DNA of 64,000 nt from Haliotis cracherodii. Lineage: Eukaryota. The notes below the pieces were generated by a model. It searched no databases and had not been told where the DNA came from. It saw nothing but the letters and a program-made list of their open reading frames with translations. The stretch is from NCBI RefSeq assembly GCF_022045235.1, contig NW_027266308.1, forward strand, positions 1,364,001 through 1,428,000, written 5' to 3'. Below, one piece after another: positions 39,801-54,800 of the stretch. Positions within the stretch are counted from its first letter, which is position 1, and every line of letters begins with the position of its first letter. A program made the translations under genes and the position numbers.

Positions 39801-42800
39801 CTGGACTTTAGTCATGACGCCCCAACAGAGTCAACTGGACTTTAGCCATAACGCCCCAACAGAGTCAACTGGACTTTAGCCATAACGCCCCAACTGAGTC
39901 AACTGGACTTTAGCCATAACGCCCCAACAGAGTCAACTGGACTTTAGACATAACGCCCCAACTGAGTCAACTGGACTTTAGCCATAACGCCCCAACTGAG
40001 TCAACTGGACTTTAGCCATAACGCCCCAACAGAGTCAACTGGACTTTAGCCATAACGCCCCAACTGAGTCAACTGGACTTTAGCCATAACGCCCCAACAG
40101 AGTCAACTGGACTTTAGCCATAACGCCCCAACTGAGTCAACCGGACTTTAGTCATTACGCCCCAACAGAGTCAACTGAACTTTAGACATAACACCCCAAC
40201 TGAGTCAACCGGACTTTAGACATAACGCACCAACTGAGTCAACTAGACTTTAGACATAATGCCCCAACAGAGTCAACTGAACTTTAGTCATAACGCCCCA
40301 ACTGAGTCAACTGGACTTTAGACATAATGCCCCAACAGAGACAACTGGACTTAAATCAAAACGCCCCAACAGAGTCAACTGAACTTTAGCCATAACGCCC
40401 CAACTGAGTCAACCGGACTTTAGCCATAACGCCCCAACAGAGTCAACTGGACTTTAGTCATAACACCCCAACTGAGTCAACTGGACTTTAGACATAATGC
40501 CCCAACAGAGTCAACAGGACTTTAGTCATAACACCCCAACTGAGTCAACTGAACTTTAGCCATAACGCCCCAACTGAGTCAACCGGACTTTAGCCATAAC
40601 GCCCCAACAGAGTCAACTGGACTTTAGTCATAACACCCCAACTGAGTCAACTGGACTTTAGACATAATGCCCCAACAGAGTCAACAGGACTTTAGTCATA
40701 ACACCCCAACTGAGTCAACTGAACTTTAGCCATAACGCCCCAACTGAGTCAACCGGACTTTAGCCATAACGCCCCAACAGAGTCAACTGGACTTTAGACA
40801 TAACGCCCAAACAGAGACAACTGGACTTTAGTCATAACACCCCAACTGAGTCAACTGAACTTTAGCCATAACGCCCCAACAGAGTCAACAGGACTTTAGT
40901 CATAACACCCCAACTGAGTCAACTGAACTTTAGACATAATGCCCCAACAGAGTCAACAGGACTTTAGTCACTCCCCAACTGAGTCAACTGAACTTTAGCC
41001 ATAACGCCCCAACAGAGTCAACTGGACTTAAGTCATAACGCCCCAACAGAGTCAACTGAACTTTAGCCATAACGCCCCAACTGATTCAACCTGACTTTAG
41101 CCATAACGCCCCAACTGACTCAACCAGACTTTAGCCATTATGTCCCAACTGAGTCAACCGGACTTCAGTCATAACGCCCCAACAGAGTCAACCAGACTTT
41201 AGTCATAACGCCCCAACAGAGTCAACTGGACTTTAGCCACAGCAGGGAATGGGTCCCTGGTAGGTTGAGATGGTAAAGTGACTGTTAACTTTCAGCCTGA
41301 TGTGTATACTCCCAAGGGAGCCGAGAACAAAATTCGAGAGGGCACTGATCCATAGACCAGGGCAATAATATTGTAAAGTGCGGCTGAGCACATATGAAAG
41401 TTGGAAGACATGTACTTTACATCCTTCCAAGAGCAGAGAGAACAGCCACTTACGGTAAGAAGTCAGGACTGAAGATGGTGGTCGAGATAAGGTCAAAGGC
41501 CAGGTACTCGTCCCCGTCCGGCAGTCGACTGAGAAGGTGAAGGCTACAGCGATGGAGGACGGACATGCCAGGGCCAGGCTGCAAGGAAAATGTACTCGAA
41601 GTGAAACATTATATTCAGAGAATGACTTTGATCAATCTTTATTCTTTGCTTCATTCAACCAAAATCATGGATGACTTTAATGACACAGAAAACACTGCTC
41701 ATTACAGACCAGTGTATGATGTTCACTGCTCACTACAGACCACTGTATGGTGTTCACTGCTCACAACAGACCACTGTATGGTGTTCACTGCTCACTACAG
41801 ACCACTGTATGGTGTTCACTGCTCACTACATATCACTGTATGGTGTTCACTGCTCACTACATATCACTGTATGGTGTTCACTGCTCACTACATATCACTG
41901 TATTGTGTTCACTGCTCACTACATATCACTGTATGGTGTTCACTGCTCACTACAGATCACTGTATGGTGTTCACTGCTCACTACAGATCACTGTATGGTG
42001 TTCACTGCTCACTACAGACCACTGTATGGTGTTCACTGCTCACTACAGATCACTGTATGGTGTTCACTGCTCACTATAGACCACTGTACGGTGTTCACAG
42101 CTCACTACAGACCACTGTATGGTATTCACTGCTCACAACAGACCACTGTATGGTGTTCACTGCTCACTACAGACCACTGTATGGTGTTCACTGCTCACTA
42201 CATATCACTGTATGGTGTTCACTGCTCACTACATATCACTGTATGGTGTTCACTGCTCACTACATATCACTGTATGGTGTTCACTGCTCACTACAGACCA
42301 CTGTATGGTGTTCACTGCTCACTACAGATCACTGTATGGTGTTCACTGCTCACTATAGACCACTGTACGGTGTTCACAGCTCACTACAGACCACTGTATG
42401 GTATTCACTGCTCACTACAGACCACTGTATGGTATTCACTGCTCACTACAGATCACTGTATGGTATTCACTACTCACTACAGACCACTGTTTGGTGTTCA
42501 CTGCTCACTACAGACCACTGTATGGTATTGACTGCTCACTACAGATCACTGTATGGTATTCACTGCTCACTACAGACCACTGTATGGTATTCACTGCTCA
42601 CTACAGACCACTGTATGGTATTCACTGCTCACTTCAGACCACTGTATGGTATTCACTGCTCACTACAGACCACTGTACGGTATTGACTGCTCACTACAGA
42701 CCACTGTATGGTATTCACTACTCACTACAGACCACGGTATGGTATTCACTGCTCACTACAGACCACTGTATGGTATTGACTGCTCACTACAGACCACTGT

Positions 42801-45800
42801 ATGGTATTGACTGCTCACTACAGACCACTGAATGGTGTTCACTACTCACTACAGACCACTGTATGGTATTGACTGCTCACTACAGACCACTGTATGGTGT
42901 TCACTGCTCACTACAGACCACTGTATGGTATTGACTGCTCACTACAGACCACTGTATGGTATTGACTGCTCACTACAGACCACTGTATGGTATTGACTGC
43001 TCACTACAGACCACTGTATGGTATTGACTGCTCACTACAGACCACTGTATGGTACTCACTGCTCACTACAGACCACTGTATGGTATTCTCCTACACAGAG
43101 TAACATGTTACTGATGGGACTGGTGCTTGTGTATCAGCTTAAAACTCACAGAACACTCTTGTTCCATGCATGCTGATACCCATCTTCCTGAGGCCAGGGA
43201 GTTAACCGACTTTAAAAATAAAGTTTCCACCCTTGAGGAACTAGGCTGGTATTATGGAGTTAGATTTTGGCTGGACTAACGAGGCTATGCATAGACCAAT
43301 CAAGATCATGTTACAAAATCGAAATCTGGTTTGTAAACTGTCATGCAGATTTTAGTCGATTGCAGGATTTGTAAAGCATGTGCACTGCCAAATTGGCATC
43401 AAAAGATATTTTCCAAATCTTTTCATGTTTTTAATCTAGGTGCTCACATGATTTGATGCAATTCGCAATGTAAGATCCATTTTATCACAATACTAGATCT
43501 TGATTATTGATCAGATCATCTTGACTGGGCGCTGCAGTTGTGTTTGAAGCGAATCCAAGTGATACAAGAGGTGATATCTGATTGGTCCATAGGAAAGGCT
43601 TAGAAGGGAAACAACTCGTAAGAGCCACTGGTGGCGCTACGATAGAGCCCAGAAATTCTAGCCTAGTTCGGCAAGGGTGGGAACTGGACTTTTAAAGTCA
43701 GTTAGCTCACTTGCCTCAGAAGATTGTTCATACCAGTAGGAGGTGAAATGGGCTCTAAGGTCTCATTCAAGATCATAACACTTATATATCAAGTGTGCTT
43801 GCATGCACAGCTGCTTGTAAAAGTCCAGACTAATGGACCAACCTTGAGTGCTGCCAGCTTCAGGAAGTAGTACTGGAGGTAGTTCTCATGTCGTGTGAAA
43901 TAGTTGTCCACCAAGCAGGATGGTTTGTTGCGAGACACCTTCTTCATGTAACTCATCAAGTCCTCGTCCTGGATCACATCTACCAGTATCTGCAACCAAC
44001 ACATGAACAGCTATCATTGAAACAAAGCAGAGAGGGATACATGTTTAAATGGCCTAAATTACTAATATGGCTGCCATCTTGTTTGATTGTAAGACTAGAA
44101 ATAATTTAAATGAACATGAGCGACCCAATTCATGGCATCATCCATGGAAACAGTTACTGAGCAGTTTTTGGGGAGAATGTCTGTTGTAGCTGTCCCTTGT
44201 ATGAACTGGCAACACTCCTTATTATTAGGTGAGGTGAGATGAAATGGGGTTTAACGTCACGACCAAGATTATTGCACTTATACAGCGACGTGCATGTACG
44301 TGTGTGTGTTTGTGTGGCTACTTGTACTAGTCCGGACTGATGCCGATTTATAGTGTTAGCACACTGAGATACCATGCCACAGTTTAACATGAATACCCCA
44401 CTCAGACACAGTATACGACTCTGAGCCGACCAGTCCTTGTTTTAGCCCCTTAATGCTGAGCGCCAGACAGGGTAACAACAAGTACCATCTTTCAACGTCT
44501 TTTGGTATGATGCGGTCGGGGATCGAACCCCGGACCTTCCACTCTCCGGGCGGATGCTCTACCACTAGACCACGGAGGCGGTCCCCTTATTATTAGGTCA
44601 TCATTAACAATCAGATTCATCAGAAAATTAGGGTTATCACACAAAGAGTGTGATGCCAAGACATCTTGAATCAAATGTTTGTTTGTTTGTTTGTTGTTTA
44701 ACGCCACTGCAATATTCAAGCTATATGATGACTGTAAACAATCGAGTCTGGACCAGACAATCCAGTGATTGACATCATGAGCATTGATTCACGCAATTGT
44801 GATACGTTGACATGCATCAACCAACCAAGTCAGCGAGCCTGACCACCCGATCCTGTTGGTCGCCTCTTACGACAAGCATAGTCGCCTTTTACAGCAAGCA
44901 TAGGTTGCTGAAGATCTGTTCTACCCCGAATCTTCCAGGTCTGAATCAAATGTAAAGAAAAGTCTGAGGGGCACTCACCTTGTAAATGATGCCCTTGTGT
45001 AGCTGACACAGAATGTGTAGGAGTCTGAGCAGGGCTGTGAGGAAGCCGTACGGAGAGTGGGATCTGAGGACCGGAACAGTGAAGTCCTCGTCAGGGTGGG
45101 AGGCAAGTAGCTCCACCAGACATGGGGCTACCTCCTGGCTGGCAGATTCAGGTGGGGAAAGGAGGTTGGAGTGCTGGCTGAAACAGCAAGCATTGGTCTG
45201 AGATCTTTGTTGTTTGTCAAGCACGACGAGATGCTGCATTTGTCATTACAAAATGTGTTGTAATTCGTGTTTCAAGTGCACAACTAACAATAACAGCTAC
45301 GAAAATGTGCCTGAAGCTAGCTTTTCCTTTTGAACCTATTCTTAAGTATTTATTAGACTTTTCTACGTGATTTGACATAAACATGCATGTCGCAATACAA
45401 ATTGTATCGTTACCTTGCTGTATCGTTTCACCCCCACTGAAGAGAGGGTTGTCATGGCATGACAGATTAACTGTAGTAATTTGATAGAATAGGGTGGTCC
45501 CCAACATGTTTGAGAAGCGTACACTCTGACTGTAATCTGAATACCCCAGCTGGTAACAACATAGCACTGGAGCCGCTGGAACAGTCGACTCAACATTACA
45601 TGAAACTCCTTCCTCTACAAACTACCATGGTAATATAAATCATCACAATATATGTTGAATGGTTATCGTTGCCTGAATAAAATGTTCCAATAATATCAAA
45701 TCGAAAGCACGGTCAACATGTGATAAATCAAGTCACCAAACCTAACCACAAACTAACAAGTGAACACAAACTAACAAGTGAACACCAACTAACAAGTGAA

Positions 45801-48800
45801 CACAAACTAACAAGTGAACACAAACTAACATGTGAACACAAACTAACATGTGAACACAAACTAACATTTGAACACAAACTAACAAGTGAACACAAACTAA
45901 CATGTGAACACAAACTAACATGTGAACACAAACTAACAAGTGAACACAAACTAACATGCAAACACAAACTAACAAGTGAACACAAACTAACATGTCAACA
46001 CAAACTAACAAGTGAACACAAACTAACAAGTGAACACCAACTAACAAGTGAACACAAACTAACATGTGAACACAATCTAACATGTCAACACAAACTAACA
46101 AGTGAACACAAACTAACATGTCAACACAAACTAACAAGTGAACACAAACTAACATGTGAACACAAACTAACAAGTGAACACCAACTAACAAGTGAACGCA
46201 AACTAACATTTGAACACAAACTAACATGTGAACACAAACTAACAAGTGAACACAAACTAACAAGTGAACACAAACTAACATTTGAACACAAACTAACAAG
46301 TGAACACAAACTAACAAGTGAACACAAACTAACATGTGAACACAAACTAACTTGTGAACACAAACTAACAAGTGAACACAAACTAACAAGTGAACACAAC
46401 CTTTACAACACCTGACCACGCACTAACAAGTCATAGGGTGATGACAGCCACAATGTTGTATTTTGGCAAAGATGTACTTGAGGTAGAGTACTGGCACAAA
46501 TTACTGAGCCCTACAGACAGAATGTGAAGTTTAGTGAGACTAATTCCTATTGATAGATCTGTGGGTGTCAACACTTGCTTCACACATAGCAACATTACCT
46601 TAAGTCTCTGAGAATTGTTTTCAAACCAAGAGACTTCCAGCAAGGGAGAAGACTCTTGCAGCAGAACTCCTCCACTTCCTGTAGACACTCGACGGGACTG
46701 TACGAAGCCTTGAAGAAACACAGACAGCAGTCAGCGGCTGATGCATTACCTCATGATGACTCATACCACTCAGAAATTCTTCCATATTATTATGGATTAC
46801 CTTAACTTCTTTTGAGTAGTATAGTTGGTCTGAATATGTTAAAATTATCAAAGCTATATATTTTTACATAAACTTCATTTGAATAGTATAGTTGGTCTAA
46901 ACAGGTTAAAATTATAAAAGGTATACATCTTGACCAAAGAATTCACCATCAAACCTAAACTGCAGCATCTTTATTTGACAGCCCAGTCAGCTGTAACTTA
47001 ACAGCGATACCATTCCTTGTGTGTACTCCAACTGGAATAGTTTGGTTTTGAATTGTTGTTTAATGCCACAATCAGCAATATTCCAGCTATATGACGGCCA
47101 GTGATTAATATCATGAGCATCGATCCACGCAATTGGGATCGATGACACGCATCAACCAAGTCAGAGAGTCTGACCACCTGATCCCGTTAGTCGCCTCTTA
47201 CGACAAGCATAGTTGCCTTTTACGGCAAGCATTGGTTGCTGAAGACCTTTTCTACCCCGGATCTTCACGGGTCACTGGCGCCATCTATGTAGTCTCTCTA
47301 CACTGCTTCAACCAATCACACCCTCCCCTCCTCAACCAACACAATCCCAGAATGGAACTTTTGCAACATTTAACAATGTAATGACATGGGACACACAGAC
47401 ACAAAATGCACTTCACACATTGACCGTTGTGGGTGATTTAATCCAGGGTACTCGGACCGGAAAATATACAAACTGGGTACATGCACCACCTGTTTCTACC
47501 CCTCTACCCCTATCAGTGTTTCGAACAAGGTAGTTGATCTGGGTAGATGCACCACCTGTTTCTACCCCTCTACTCCTATCAGTGTTTCGAACAAGGTAGT
47601 TGATCTGGGTAGTTATATCACCTGTTTCTGCACCTGTTGGTAGAATGTTGCAAGGAAGTTGACACAAGATGTTCCAAACTGAAGATCACATTTCTGAAAA
47701 TGAATGTTTGTTTTTACTTTATGACTATATGACTCAGGTGGATCAGTTTCATACAATGCTAAAATGTTACCTTATACGATACGTTTGATCTTTTTCGAAA
47801 ATATATCATGCTAAGGATAAAAAACATAATAGTCTTTGTTGTCAGGCACCACCCGCATCATCAAGTCTGCCACACATTTTGGTTTTTTTCCAAAAAAAAT
47901 CCTAATACTTAAAAGCAATAAGATCCAATATAGCACGCAGTTACTTCCCTTTACATGTGCACTGCTTTACTGCGCATCTTGTGTTATGGTCATGGTGGCA
48001 ATAGGAGTTTGTGTGCTTGTTTATATAGGGAGGCCCTTTTCTCAGGTTGATGGTACACAACTGTTTATTTGGATACCTACTAGCTTGAAAATAAAGAAAA
48101 AAAAAAAAACCGCCCTCCTGCATTATATTTTCAAAAAGCTCTGAAAAAAATGTCTTTTATTTTCTTAAGCCTTCCAAAGCATGTTTGGCACATTATTAAC
48201 TTTGGTACATATTGAAGTATATTATATATGGAAAACAGGTATCAGTTAGCAAGACACATGTACCTTGAACTGATAATTGTCTCTGATGTCTTCCAATACA
48301 CACTGCACACAGCTTGAGATTGGCTGGAACAGACCAGCCACATGGCTCCAGTTAACATCAGGGGAGATAACCTCCTCACTTCGCTCCGTCTCCATTGCAC
48401 TGCTGTCATGGCTGAAAGTGGATCACATATGATTCCCATTGACAAATCTCTCTCATTTGACATTCAACTCCCACTTTCTGAAATCATATTTTGTTTGTTT
48501 GTTTGTTTGTTTAACGCCGCACTCGGCAATATTGCAGCTATATGACCAGGTCTGTAAATTATCAAGTCTGGACCAGACAATCCAGTGACTGAGATCGTGA
48601 GCATTTAGGGATACGATGACATGCATCAACCAAGTCAGTGATCCTTTTAGTCGCCTCTTACAACAAGCGTGGGTTGCTGAAGATCAATTCTAACCTGGAT
48701 TTTCACAGGTGTGAAAAGATGTAGCCACTCTTATTTTGGTTGGTTGGTTGGTTTGTTGTTTTACGCCGCACTCAGCAATATTCCAGCTATATGACGGCGG

Positions 48801-51800
48801 TCCGTAAATAATCAAGTCTGGACCAGACAATCCAGTGATCAATATCATGAGCATCGATTCACGCAATTGGGATCGATGACATGCATCAACCAAGTCAGCG
48901 AGCCTGACCACCCGATCCCGTTAGTCGCCTTTTACGACAAGCATGGGTTGCTGAAGACCTATTCCTCCCCGGATCTTCACGGGTCCCACGCTTATGTAGT
49001 TACTAATAGTGGTGAATAGGTTCAAGTAGAAACACTTCCTGCTTGAGACTGAGACCATTAAAGAAAAATAAGAAAATTTGGCATTTTCTTTTAAGCTGAT
49101 GTGCAGTGCCAGGAAGTCTTCGAGTTATTTGACGACTTGTTTAGTCATCAGGATAACAAAACTAGAATATATGCACTGAAAAATACAATATTTCCAGTGC
49201 AACTCTGTATCATTATGAAGTTTTCATGATAAAAGTGTCATTAATACTTATCTTGCATCATACTAATTACTGAAACCCCAGTGAAAAGAAAACATTTCAC
49301 CAAAACGCACTGCTCTCACGTGAGGCACTGGAACCATAAGACCAACCAGTATGACACATCACTCATTACAGCGTTCCCGTTTTTTACTGGTAAAATTAGG
49401 CTTGGACCGGTAATTCGGGTGACTGCCAGTCCCTGTGGACCGGCAAATGAAGTACCTTAGAAATCGTTGCTGTTGAACACAACATCGGTGATATTCAATA
49501 ACTACATTTCTCAAACAAAGTCAGCTTGTCTGTTACCATCAGGGTTTCCCCTTGTCTATTTCTAGGTTAAATATCCATTTGTAGCGACTTTGTCTGAAAG
49601 AAGAAGAGAAAATTGTGACTGAAGTTAGTGTGAATGACGTATAGACCTAACTAAGTTACTTCTGAGATGACATCTTTGCACTGAACATTATGTTGAAAGA
49701 ATTGAAACCAAATCATTTTCAAATTTTCTTTTATTTGTTGAAAGTTGGGACTGGCAAAAATAAGGGGGGACTGGAAATTTTTTAAATTGCCAGTCCCCAA
49801 GGACTGGCAGTTTCAAAAGCCGGCGTGAACACTGCAGTCATTATTTTGTCTTCCAAGTGCAAATCACATCAGAGTGAGCAGGGGCAGCGGGTGCTTCAGT
49901 GTATGAGTCAGGGGTCGTATAAATTTGGTAAAATCTAAATATTTGTTACATTTGTATACTTATCCTACATTACTCGGTATTGCATTTACTGCTGTCTTTG
50001 ACAGAGAGACGAACTGTGTGAGATCCAGCTGCTGAAGAAAGTTGTTTCCATCTGTCCAGGAAGCACCGCTCCCTCCCACACAGTCGGCACTTGACCCGGA
50101 AGTCATGACGTCACGTCAAAGCACATAACTGCTTTAACATAACATCGGAAACTTTGTGGGGAGGCAGCGGAGCAAAGGGGGGCAATTAGACGTCATATAC
50201 AAATATACAAGTATACAAATGTAAAATATATTTGGATTTGAATTTTTTAACTCTGGTCGTACGGGATGGCAAGAACGGAGCTGATAAGTACGTGGAGATG
50301 GTAGAGTCTTTTATGACGCTGTCATCGGATCCTGGTGCTTGTCAGAGCAGAATGCCTGGAACGAGGACTATTTATCATCCTACAGTCCCCATGTTGATGG
50401 ACGATGGGCGAAAGCAATCGCCTTGGCCGCTCTAGTCGAATAGCCCTTGGCTCCTAGGGCTTTCTGCAGATGTGCCAGGCGTGCAGACGAAACCGAGCAG
50501 GGCTTGGGTGTGGCAACCGACTGTGTGAGTGGAGCAGAAGGTTGGGCCATGCCGGAAGTTCCACGGGATTGTCTCTGGCGATGTTTCGGAGTTTGATAAA
50601 CCAACTTCTGGCCGGCCACAAATGTGCAACCAAAATCAGTGTCAGGACAAGTTGGCTTCAACCGAATGCAAGCTCCACCCAGAGATCTTCACCGTACTTT
50701 GTCAAACGATCGACACCCCAAACATCAATCTGTTCGCCACATCTCAGAAATGCCAGCTGTCGACTTACATCTAGCCGGTCCCGGATCCGGCCGCTGTAGC
50801 AGTCGACGCCTTCAGTGTTCCCTGTCGATCGTTTGACAAAGTACGGTGAAGATCTCTGGGTGGAGCTTGCATTCGGTGGAAGCCACCTTGTCCGGCCTGG
50901 ACAGAGCATCTGCCAGAACATTCTTGCAACCTGGAATGTGCTGAACAAGGAATTGCAGGTCTAAGCGGTCCACCAGGTCGAAGAATCGGAAGGTCTGGCC
51001 TAGCAGGGACTGAGAGTGGAGAGTACCCTGATTCCTCAGACACCACACCACGGTGATGTTGTCTGTGGAGATGGTCAACTGGGCGTGACGGAGAATGTTC
51101 TGCCAGTGGGAGACGGCCAGGATGAGAGCCTCGAGGTCGAGGTTGTTGCTGTGCCAATGGAGTTGGGAGTGGAGTTGGGAGTGGACCACAGCCCTGCAAC
51201 CATTTGAGTCCCAAGGTGAGCCCCCCAATCCAGTTTGGGTGCGTCACCGAACAGAGAACCTGTGATAATGTGAACGCTGAGGGTTGCACGCAGATGTCTA
51301 CTTTCTAGAGGAGGGGGGGCCTCGTGGACCCTTCCATGGATGATTACTTGTTTTTGTGGAGGTAAGAGCCTTCGTGAAGGCAAGCCTCTTCACGAAAAGA
51401 AAAGATGCAAAAGAAATTCCCTTCTTTGCTACTGCTTGAAGATTTTCACCAGGGTCTGAAGTTGAAGTTGGCGACCTGCTCCTCCTTTTTAAGCATCCCT
51501 GAGTAAAAAGTCAGCGCTCCTACTGAAGAATAAAGTCTGCTTTGAAACCAAAGTTGGTATTCTTCCATGCTTTAGAAGCTGGCTTCGTGGACTCCTTCAC
51601 GGATCACTACGCCAGAGGTTTGTGGAGGGGATGACCTTCGTAGTTGAAGACGACTTTGATGAAGAGGAAAAACTGTTTTTCTCCTTAACTTAAGGCCTGT
51701 AGGTTCTTACTGCAATTGGATGTAACAGCAGGAGACTTCTCCTCAGATCTAGACAAACTCTTCAGAGGAGAGTCGAGTTCCTGGCTGACCAAGGAAAAAC

Positions 51801-54800
51801 TTAGCGGAGGCTTGACTGCCTTACTCTGCGAAGAAGGAAGATCAACCTGAATTCCTTCTATTACATCAGGCCCATCTTCTTATGAAGATGGTGGAGGCAT
51901 TACCCAACACTCCTTCATGGATGTCGTCTTCCTGTCTACTTCTCCTTAGGGAGCACAAAAACTACCTCTCTCTTTTAAGGTGCTGTGTTGAGAAACACAA
52001 GACAAGCAGATAGGGAGATTGTACATTTTTTCATGACAGAAAAATTGTGTACTTTAAGTTAAAAAATATGAAACAATGTAAACCCAAATAACTGATGAGT
52101 ATTATAGATAAAGGCTAAAAGAATTGACTCCAAGCAATCATTTTTATCAAAAACAGATACTTTTCCAGAATGGGTCAGATTGCCAGAATAGGAACAGGTT
52201 GCCACGTGTATAATCAAGTCAAACAGCGAAACACCTGTTGAACACAAACAATGGATTACATTCCAGGAGTCTACAGTTAAGACATATTATTATTATTACT
52301 TTATTAGAACAACAACTGTAGACAAGTGATAAGTACTAGTAGAATACAAACTAGCAGTCTACAGCGAAAGACTTTCTCAAGCGACCAGCTCATAGGCGCG
52401 CTGAGAGATTTGTGACATGTCATAGGGGTGTGTGTGCGCAACCGGACGGAAACAAGTTTAATGATTACATTCCAGCTTCTGGCTTCCTCTTAAACGTGCG
52501 ACTAGACGTGAGGGTATGAGAGATACACATTTGTACGACTGAAAACAGACTAAAACAAACTACTTGTATGCGCGAAAGTTGGAGAGTGACGAGTCTAGAT
52601 GCTTGGTCACATGGTTCCGGTGCGGCTGCGCAGCTCTAGGGTGTGTTCAGGTGAGCTATTTTTCTGGTCTCTGGGAACACAGTTCAGGAAGGTTCCATTA
52701 CATTTTGGAAACGAGATGAGATAAGCAAAAGGAACGAGTCAGGATAAGTTAAAAAACAAACCACTCAATACAAAGTTTATTTTGATAGGTACCCCACATT
52801 TACGACAACATGTGTTTAGTGTACAAGGCTTACCTCCTGACAAAACCAGTGGATGCCTCTACAGAACCAGCGACATTGACAACCATCTCACAGCAAGCCA
52901 ACATGACCGCCTCCATCTGCCGCCGACTGGTACGTCCAGGGCTGAGGGCAGATTGGATGTTGCCCACCAGGGTGGAATAGAGGTCCCTGGGTGGATGATC
53001 AAGGAGAGACTCAATGTTTACAAGTGAGAAGGAACTAAGAACAACACGTTTTTAATACCTTCGAAATGTCAAATAGAAACACAATAAACACACGTCTTGA
53101 TTTTACAGATTAAAAACATTTCAGACCTTTGAAATTTATTAAATTAATGACATAATAGATACCACAGAAGAAAATGTCTGTGTATCAATGTTTTCCATGT
53201 ATTGTTATAATATCAATATATTTCACATAGAACTTGTCGGATTGAACACAATGATGGTCTTACAGATATGTCTGTGTTGCCAGGCCATAGGACAGACAGA
53301 TCCTCCACACACGGAAACTGTGGGTCTGCAACATCTCCGCCTCCTCCCTTGGAAGCTGCAGATCACTGAAACAGACAACAGACGCTGTCAGATACTGAAA
53401 CAGACAACAGACGCTCTGTCACAGACAATGAAACAGACAACAGACGCTTTGTCAGACACTCAGACACAGACAATAGACGCTCTGTCACAGACAATGAAAC
53501 AGACAACAGACGCTCTGTCACAGACACTCAGACACAGACAACAGACACTCTGTCACAGACAACAGACGCTCTGTCAGACACTAACACAGACAACAGACTC
53601 TCTGTCAGATACTGAAATAGACAACAGACGCTCTGTCACAGACACTCAGACAGACAAAAGACACTCTGTAACAGACTCAGACACAGACAACAGACACTCT
53701 GTAACAGACACTCAGACAGACAACAGGCGCTCTGTCAGACCCTCCGACACAGACAACAGACTCTCTGTAACAGACACTCAGACAAACAGACACTCTGTCA
53801 CAGACACTCAGACAGACAACAGACACTGTAACAGACACTCAGACACAGACTCTCTGTAACAGACACTAAGACACAGACACTCTGTCACAGACACTAAGAC
53901 ACAGACAACAGACACTCAGACACAGACAACAGACTCTGTAACAGGCACTCAGACACAGACAACAGATGCTCTGTAACAGACACTCAGACAACAGACACTC
54001 AACAACAAATAATAGACAACAGACGCTCTGTCATAGACCCTAGGACAAAGACAACAGACGCTCTGTCACAGACACTCAGACAATAGACACTCTGTCAGAC
54101 ACAGAAACAGGTAACAGACGCCCTGTCACAGACACTCAACAATAAATGTTCAACAACAGACACTCTGTCACAGACACTCACACACAGACACTCAACAATA
54201 AATGTTCAACAACAGACCCTCTGTCACAGACACTCACACACAGACACTCAACAATAAATGTTCAACAACAGACCCTCTGTCACAGACACTCACACACAGA
54301 CAACAGACACTCAACAAAAAATGTTAGACAACAGACGCTCTGTCATAGACACTCGGACACAGACAACAGATGCTCTGTCAGACACTGAAACAGGTAACAG
54401 ACACTCGGACACAGACACTCAGACAACAGGCACTCAGACAACAGGCACTCAACCACAAATTTCAGTCACAGACAACAGATGTCAGACACAGACAACAGTG
54501 AGTGAGTGAGTGAGTGAGTGAGTGAGTGAGTGAGTGAGTGAGTGAGTGAGTGAGTATAGTTTTACGCAGCTTTCAGCAATAATCCAGCAATATCATAGCA
54601 GGAGACTGTGCTTCACACATTGCAGCCACATGGGGGATCGAACCGGGACCTTCGACATGATTGAGTGGACACTATAACCACAAGGCTAACACTGACCCAC
54701 TCCCACCCTGCAGTCAAGGCTCAGGCATGTAGACACAGAGAAGAGATGCTCATGCTCAGACACAGACAACAGACATCTACACAGATGCACAGTCAAGAGA

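Noticed and set aside
39180-43088. 31- and 32-bp repeats as CRISPR arrays
   Set aside because: Units are head to tail with no unique spacers, there are no cas genes, and the context is a eukaryotic intron.
44510-44586. tRNA genes at SINE heads (also near 20570, 36980 and 38680)
   Set aside because: Each continues into a multi-copy SINE body and tail, and I could not fold a complete cloverleaf.
45720-46419. EHKLTS / VCVHLL repeat proteins, and similar ORFs at 30898, 41565, 53188, 62056 and 63364
   Set aside because: These are intronic minisatellite translations; the RPAP1 exons splice around them in phase.
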